DNA from: Candidatus Latescibacterota bacterium
GTDB taxonomy: Bacteria > Latescibacterota > UBA2968 > UBA8231
NCBI GenBank assembly: GCA_965203175.1
Contig: OZ241867.1
Location: 3,744,001-3,808,000, forward strand
Direction of reading: 5' to 3'
Length of the DNA: 64,000 nucleotides
Position 1 is the first letter of the stretch; each line of letters opens with the position of its first letter. Shown in pieces: positions 58,866-64,000 of this stretch. A program made the position numbers and the translations under genes. Under the pieces are notes generated by a model, which saw only the letters and a program-made list of their open reading frames with translations, did no database searches and was not told the origin of the DNA.

Positions 58866-60596
58866 TTAGTCCTCGAAGATATCTACGGCGGTGTGGCCTT
58901 GGGCAAAGCGCAGAGCCGCACGCGCGGCCGAGCCACTGTCTTTGTTGGTGCGCACATCTGTGGCAAAGCGGGCTAGCCCCACCAGAATCTGCAGCCGGGC
59001 TGGGTGGTCGCTTGTGGCAAAACGCTCCCACTCCGCGAAAACGGTCCCTAGCGTGGGGAGTAGCTGATGGGCTGTGTCGTCCCACAGGATGGCCTGGCCC
59101 ATAGCTTCTACTAGGGGTTCTCCCGGGTGACCGGCTAATCCATAGGCCAAGACGCGGGGGCCTACCTCTTGGACGTTGAGCGTCTGGATGGACTCCACAA
59201 TGGACGCCGGATCCTCTGCGGTCGCCGAGGTAGTCAAAGGCTCACTCAGGGGACGGTAGGGAATGTTGAGCCAGCGGTCGTCGAAGAACTGCCACGCTGC
59301 GTGGACCAGCCCTCGGGCCGCGGCCGCGGGACCTCCGTAGCGCTGCACTGTGCGCAGGGCCGCAGCCAAGTTGAATTCCCGGGTCAGACAAGGCCAGCCC
59401 GCCTCCACGTTCACCGGCACCCGGGCCATGCGGTCGGCCGCCAGCAACAGGCAGGTGTCGATGAGGCGGTCGATACTGACTCCGGCCTCTAGCTGCTGGG
59501 TCAAGGCGCCAAAAGCGGTCTCCAGATCGGCGCTCACCAGGGCCTTGACCAAGCCATCTTCGTCATAGGGGACTTCTGGATCGCCGGCTTGAGCCTGGGC
59601 TAAGACCGGCTCCATGTCGCCCATGAAGGCAATGGCGTCTCTGCGGAAGCGCTCGGGCTCGCCGCGACCCCGACCTACTAGCTTGGCCCCTAAGTTGAAA
59701 ACCAATTCCCCGGCCCGATCCCAGCCGAATTCCTCCTGTACCTGGGCCAAGTGGTCCAGCCAGATAAGGTGGTCGGCAAAGCCGAGAAAATAGGGAGTTG
59801 TCGCACAGTCGAAGAGCAGGGGGAGAATGTTCTCTTGATAGCCCGCGTGGCCAGCGGTGAACAGGCAGCGCTCGATGCGCCCGGCTTGGCCGTCGCGGGA
59901 AAAAGCGCGCACCCAACGGTCAATGGAGGTCCAGTCCACCGGATCGGGCAGGGGGACCACATCCAAGCGCTCGGCTGCTTCCCCGGCTGCGGCCCCGGCC
60001 GCCGTAGTCAGGGCGATTAAGCGGTCCTCGCCTTCGTAGCGCCGCGCCACTTGGAGGCCGGACAACAAGAGTACCACGTCTTGGCCTCCCTCGGCCTCGT
60101 GGGAACTGGCGATGTGGCGGCCTAGGTGGCGCACGACCAACTCCACGATGTCGTCTTGGGGCACGTCGCCGCGCAACAGTAGGGCGATGGCCTTGGATTG
60201 GGTCCAGCGGTCGCAACTCAACAGGCCCTCCCACAAAAGGTTCAGGTGTTCCTCGCGCCGCCGGTAGCTCGGTTCGGGCACTTCGACCCAGATATCGGGC
60301 CCGCGCACCTCCACGGCAAAGGTCTGCAAATCGTCGCACTCGCGGTTGAAACAACCGCCGCCCTGCAAGTCGAAACTGCGGCCGTGCCAGTCGCAGGTGA
60401 GCACTCCGTGCCGCACCACGCCGCGGATCAGCGGATATCCCATGTGGGGGCATTGGTTGTCGGTCGCGTAGATTTTGTCTCCCTCGTTGAACAAAGCAAT
60501 GCTGCGCTCGCGGCCCAATCGCACCGCCCGGGTTTGGCCCGGCGGCACGGATTCGAGCGGAGCGGCGTTTACCCATTGCGTTTTCTGTGCGGACAT
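58866..60596 (-). CDS. Rieske [2Fe-2S] + long helical domain protein, paralogue 1
   Basis: DNQCPHMGYPL..VLTCDWHG Rieske ligands followed by a ~470-aa helical region. Confidence 0.85.
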   Translation of the reverse strand: MSAQKTQWVNAAPLESVPPGQTRAVRLGRERSIALFNEGDKIYATDNQCPHMGYPLIRGVVRHGVLTCDWHGRSFDLQGGGCFNRECDDLQTFAVEVRGPDIWVEVPEPSYRRREEHLNLLWEGLLSCDRWTQSKAIALLLRGDVPQDDIVELVVRHLGRHIASSHEAEGGQDVVLLLSGLQVARRYEGEDRLIALTTAAGAAAGEAAERLDVVPLPDPVDWTSIDRWVRAFSRDGQAGRIERCLFTAGHAGYQENILPLLFDCATTPYFLGFADHLIWLDHLAQVQEEFGWDRAGELVFNLGAKLVGRGRGEPERFRRDAIAFMGDMEPVLAQAQAGDPEVPYDEDGLVKALVSADLETAFGALTQQLEAGVSIDRLIDTCLLLAADRMARVPVNVEAGWPCLTREFNLAAALRTVQRYGGPAAAARGLVHAAWQFFDDRWLNIPYRPLSEPLTTSATAEDPASIVESIQTLNVQEVGPRVLAYGLAGHPGEPLVEAMGQAILWDDTAHQLLPTLGTVFAEWERFATSDHPARLQILVGLARFATDVRTNKDSGSAARAALRFAQGHTAVDIFED

Positions 60597-60652
60597 GACA
60601 TCTCCTGTATAGGGGCAGATTGGGGATAAGCGTTATTCTTTTTCTGAACAAA

Positions 60653-60681
60653 ATAATACTGAACAAATGTTTAGTTGTCAA
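60653..60681 (-). promoter_or_regulatory. sigma70 promoter of the Rieske operon with a palindromic operator in the spacer
   Basis: TTGACA (60681-60676), 17 nt, TATTAT (60658-60653); near-palindrome actgaaca-aa-tgtttagt at 60658-60675. Confidence 0.7.
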
Positions 60682-60697
60682 GAGGTAAAACGCAAAG

Positions 60698-60738
60698 AAA
60701 ACAGCCCCCGGAAATTCTCTTCTTCCGAGGGCTGTTTT
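60698..60738. terminator. Terminator-like hairpin between divergent genes
   Basis: aaaacagcccccggaa...ttccgagggctgtttt. Confidence 0.6.
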
Positions 60739-60984
60739 GACTTTTGCTCGGGTAAATAGTCCTCCCCAAGCCGAAACAACGCCTCCGTCAGACGAGGCTT
60801 CTTCAGAAATGGCGAAATTTGTGCGACGGCGTCTGATCTGGAATGCCGTACAAATTCCTCATTTTTGACGGCGATGTAGGATTCGGTGAAATTGTCATCG
60901 CCCAGAGTCTCATGTCGCTTACTCGCACAAAGGAGTTAATCCCGTGCTCACTACCGCCTGCAATCCTGGCAATCAGTAAACGCC

Positions 60985-61563
60985 TTGTCGAATTACTACG
61001 AACATGGACCGCTGGTTCTGTTGCAGCGTCCAGTCGCTCTCATCGGTTTCCTCGGCGTTGACCAGCACGGCTTGGGCCGCGACTTGGCCGCCTTAAGCGG
61101 CTTGACCCTCATTGAAGTGGATCGCTGGATCGAACACGAGGCTGGCCAGTCCTTGGTTGCCCTCGTGCAGACACAGGGCATAGAGGCTCTGCGCCAATTA
61201 GAAGATCGTTTCCTCACCCGAGCACTGGCCGCTCGTCCGCCCGGGATCGTCGTCTTGGGCGATGGGGCGCTGATCAAAGAGACTAACCTTCGGCAGGTAC
61301 TGGACAAAGCGACGTTGGTGTATCTCAAATTGTCGCTGGCTAGCACCTATTGGAAGCTGCGCCACCAAGCCGTAAGGCCGCATCCGCTGCTGCTACAACC
61401 GCCCGAAAGTACGGAGGAACTCCGGCCGTTGTTGGCCGAGCGCCAAGGCGGCTTTGACCAAGCCCATGTAACATTGGACATGGACGAGATGACGCCAGAG
61501 GCGGCGCTGCGACACCTGTTGGATAAGCTGCCCCAATGGGGAACGGCGCGGTCCGTATCTTAG
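60985..61563 (+). CDS. Shikimate-kinase-like protein with a degenerate P-loop
   Basis: ALIGFLG..GRDLA, EVDRWIE..G.S, LRQLE, IVVLGDGA and LVYL; lacks GKS/T. Confidence 0.65.
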   Translation: MSNYYEHGPLVLLQRPVALIGFLGVDQHGLGRDLAALSGLTLIEVDRWIEHEAGQSLVALVQTQGIEALRQLEDRFLTRALAARPPGIVVLGDGALIKETNLRQVLDKATLVYLKLSLASTYWKLRHQAVRPHPLLLQPPESTEELRPLLAERQGGFDQAHVTLDMDEMTPEAALRHLLDKLPQWGTARSVS

Positions 61564-61639
61564 GTTTGCTCTACCCGGCCTCCAGCGATACTTTTTTGAC
61601 CGAACTCGCCCTTGCTCTCATCATCTCAGGAGACTTGTC

Positions 61640-63121
61640 ATGTTAGACCCTCAGTTCCTCCTCGGCGACGAGGAGATGCAGCGGTTCATAGCCGAGGGCT
61701 ATCTCACGCTCAAATCCTCGCTTCCCGCTTCCCTCCACCAGGACATCTACCAGCGCACGGAAGAGGTCTTTGCCAAGGAGGGCAATCCCGGCAACAACGT
61801 CCTGCCTCGCATCCCGGCGTTGCAGCAGGTCTTTGACGATCCGGTCGTGCGCGGTGCCCTCACTTCGGTGGTCGGGTCGGATTACGTTATGCACGCCCAT
61901 CGACACTGCCACATCAATCGCGCCGGCAGCGAGGGCGGTGGCTGGCACAAGGACAGCTACTGGGGCTATCACAAGGTGCGCTATCACCGCAATCGCTGGG
62001 TGATGATCTTCTACTACCCACAAGACGTCACCTTGGAAAACGGTCCCACTGCGGTCATGCCCGGCACGCACTACTACAATGGCCGCGCAGACGACGAGCA
62101 GGACGAGCGCCACTTGCCGGTCCTCGGCGAGGCCGGCACTTGTACCTTGGTGCATTTTGACTTGTGGCACCGGGCCATGCCCAATAGCACGGACGCCAAC
62201 CGCTATATGATGAAGTTCCAATTTACCCGCCTCAGCGAGCCGAGCCGGCCCAGTTGGAACATCCAAGCCCCGGGGTGGCCGGCCAACGGCTCGGTGCCCT
62301 CTAGCAAGCATCGAGTCGTGTGGTCGCGGATATGGGATTGGCACGCGGGAGCCCAAAATCGCGCCGAGGCCAACGGGCAAATTGAGCAACTAAGCGAGTC
62401 CCTTAACGGGACGTTGGAACAACGCTTGGCAGCGACCGATGCCCTCGGCGCGTTGGGGGAAAAGGCCGCCCCCGCACTGGACGCGTTGCTCGACGCGCTG
62501 GGCGACGAGGCCGAGCCGGTGCGTCTCAACGCGGCGTATGCCTTGGGTGCAGTGGGTGCGGTTGCAGTAGGCCCGTTGCTTGCAGCCCTTGACGACGAGC
62601 GGGAACACGTGCGGGAACACGCGGCGTATGCGCTCGGTGCAGTGGGGGAGGAAGCTGTGGACGCTTTGGTTGCGGCTCTCGGCGATGAGCGGGAACACGT
62701 GCGGGGTTTTGCCGCGTATGCGCTGGGTGACATGGGGGCAAGCGCTGGAACCGACGCCGTAGATGCCCTGTGTAAGCTGGCTGACGATCCGGACGCATGG
62801 GTACGGCGCAACGTGGCCGAGGCCCTCGGAACCATCGAGCTGAATCCAGACGCCTCCGTGCCCGCGTTGGCTGCGTTGCTGGCGGACGAGGACGAGCAGG
62901 TGCGCTTCAACGCCGCGTATGCGCTGGCCCACTTCGGTCCGGCGGCGGCGGCGGCTACAGCTGCGTTGGCCGCGGCCCTCAGCGACGAGAATCGCTACGT
63001 CCAGGGACATAGCACGGCGGCCTTGCAACAGATTGGCACGCCCGAGGCCCAAGACGTATTGCTACACCATTTGACCGCGGCGCGTTGGTGCCCCATAACG
63101 ACCAAGGAGACCACGTTCTGA
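61640..63121 (+). CDS. PhyH-family 2OG-Fe(II) dioxygenase fused to HEAT repeats
   Basis: WHKD, GPTAVMPGTH and DLWHRAMPN; repeated VR.NAAYALG units. Confidence 0.88.
   Translation: MLDPQFLLGDEEMQRFIAEGYLTLKSSLPASLHQDIYQRTEEVFAKEGNPGNNVLPRIPALQQVFDDPVVRGALTSVVGSDYVMHAHRHCHINRAGSEGGGWHKDSYWGYHKVRYHRNRWVMIFYYPQDVTLENGPTAVMPGTHYYNGRADDEQDERHLPVLGEAGTCTLVHFDLWHRAMPNSTDANRYMMKFQFTRLSEPSRPSWNIQAPGWPANGSVPSSKHRVVWSRIWDWHAGAQNRAEANGQIEQLSESLNGTLEQRLAATDALGALGEKAAPALDALLDALGDEAEPVRLNAAYALGAVGAVAVGPLLAALDDEREHVREHAAYALGAVGEEAVDALVAALGDEREHVRGFAAYALGDMGASAGTDAVDALCKLADDPDAWVRRNVAEALGTIELNPDASVPALAALLADEDEQVRFNAAYALAHFGPAAAAATAALAAALSDENRYVQGHSTAALQQIGTPEAQDVLLHHLTAARWCPITTKETTF
62500..62730 (+). repeat. 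90-bp coding tandem repeat (HEAT units)
   Basis: gc(g/c)gcgtatgc at 62531, 62621 and 62711; gagcgggaacacgtgcggg occurs twice, 90 bp apart. Confidence 0.75.
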
Positions 63122-63132
63122 GCAAATCACGC

Positions 63133-64000
63133 GTGAAGGCTAGGGTTCACCAATACATCGGCGAGCATCGAGAGGAGTTGCTCGGCAGCTTGCAGACGCT
63201 CGTGCGCGTGGATACCACCAATCCGCCGGGGCGGAACTACCGAGCGATGACCGACGAGCTCTTGGAGCGCTGCCAGGGCTTAGGGATGCAGGCCAAAGTC
63301 CACCGCGTTCCAGACCAAGAGGTGCGCCGCGTGCTCGGCTCGGACGAGTTTCCGCGCTACAACCTGATTGCGCGGTGGGATGCGGGCCGGTCGCAGACCG
63401 TGCATTTCAACGCCCACTACGACGTGGTACCTTGTTCCGGGCAGTGGAAATTCGGCAATCCTTTTGAGCCAGGGCTGGCCGGCGATGCGCTCTACGGCCG
63501 CGGCTCCGGGGACATGAAAGGCGCGATCACCGCATTGCTGATGGCCGTGGAGGCGCTCAAGGAAACGGGTGCTGAGCCAGCTTTTAACATTGAGTGTTCG
63601 TTTACTGCCGACGAGGAGACCGGCGGCCAATTGGGCGCGGGATGGATTGTAAACAAAGGGCTGGTGAACGCCGATTTCGCGGTCGTCTGCGAGGGGGCGG
63701 CCGGGACGCAGGTCGGCTGTGGCCACAACGGCGTGCTGTGGTTGGAGGTCGAACTGAAGGGCAAGGCTGCCCACGCTTCTAGCCCGGAACAAGGGGTCAA
63801 TGCCTTTGAAGCCATGTCGAGCGTAGTGCAGAAGTTGCAAGCTTACAAAAAGAAACTGAATGCGCCCCGGCGCTGCTACGTGGATTTCGACGGTCGGTCG
63901 CGCAACCCCACGCTCAATATCGGTGGCACGTTCGCGGGTGGAGAGGGCGACAAGGTCAACACCGTGCCCGCCTATGCCCGCTTTTCGCTGGACCGCCGCT
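63133..64000 (+). CDS. M20 metallopeptidase (ArgE/DapE-like), runs off the window
   Basis: Not in the ORF track; read manually from GTG 63133: DTTNPPG, HFNAHYDVV, LYGRGSGDMKG, DEETGG and GKAAH. Confidence 0.9.
   Translation, partial: MKARVHQYIGEHREELLGSLQTLVRVDTTNPPGRNYRAMTDELLERCQGLGMQAKVHRVPDQEVRRVLGSDEFPRYNLIARWDAGRSQTVHFNAHYDVVPCSGQWKFGNPFEPGLAGDALYGRGSGDMKGAITALLMAVEALKETGAEPAFNIECSFTADEETGGQLGAGWIVNKGLVNADFAVVCEGAAGTQVGCGHNGVLWLEVELKGKAAHASSPEQGVNAFEAMSSVVQKLQAYKKKLNAPRRCYVDFDGRSRNPTLNIGGTFAGGEGDKVNTVPAYARFSLDRR

Noticed and set aside
62500-62730. 90-bp periodic DNA repeat as a possible non-coding array
   Set aside because: Fully explained by HEAT repeats in the PhyH fusion protein.

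Overview
GC-rich bacterial chromosomal window. The gene content (SusC/SusD, several FlgD-Ig-tailed secreted proteins, a 'TxVExxxWGxIK' C-terminus, a PhyH-HEAT protein) suggests an FCB-superphylum lineage such as Latescibacterota/Gemmatimonadota; this is an inference. Housekeeping and metabolic genes include addA/addB-like, dnaK, uvrB, 2-oxoacid dehydrogenase E1 alpha/beta, ferredoxin, sulfite/nitrite reductase, galU-like, an Nramp-like transporter, a CinA-NadD-like fusion, Smr and an M20 peptidase. Four regions stand out. (1) A ~16 kb defence island (7.1-23.0 kb) carries a type III-like res/mod pair, an IrrE/ImmA-type regulator, HicBA, an IetAS-like AAA ATPase + S8 protease and a GmrSD-like gene. 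It is littered with antitoxin-like genes whose toxins are missing and contains a synonymous-diverged second copy of the mod 3' end. (2) A small TA/defence cassette sits immediately upstream of dnaK, again bordered by a diverged partial gene copy. (3) A 12 kb co-oriented six-gene cell-envelope operon encodes three paralogous FlgD-Ig-tailed proteins, a large putative outer-membrane protein with Ca-binding-like motifs, a CBM9/DOMON-like protein and a PpiC chaperone; it is the best candidate for an undescribed system. (4) A tandem pair of Rieske-helical-domain paralogues, one frameshifted, lies behind an operator-containing promoter. No rRNA, tRNA, CRISPR array, integrase or transposase was recognised. 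All family assignments come from motif recognition by eye, not from database searches.
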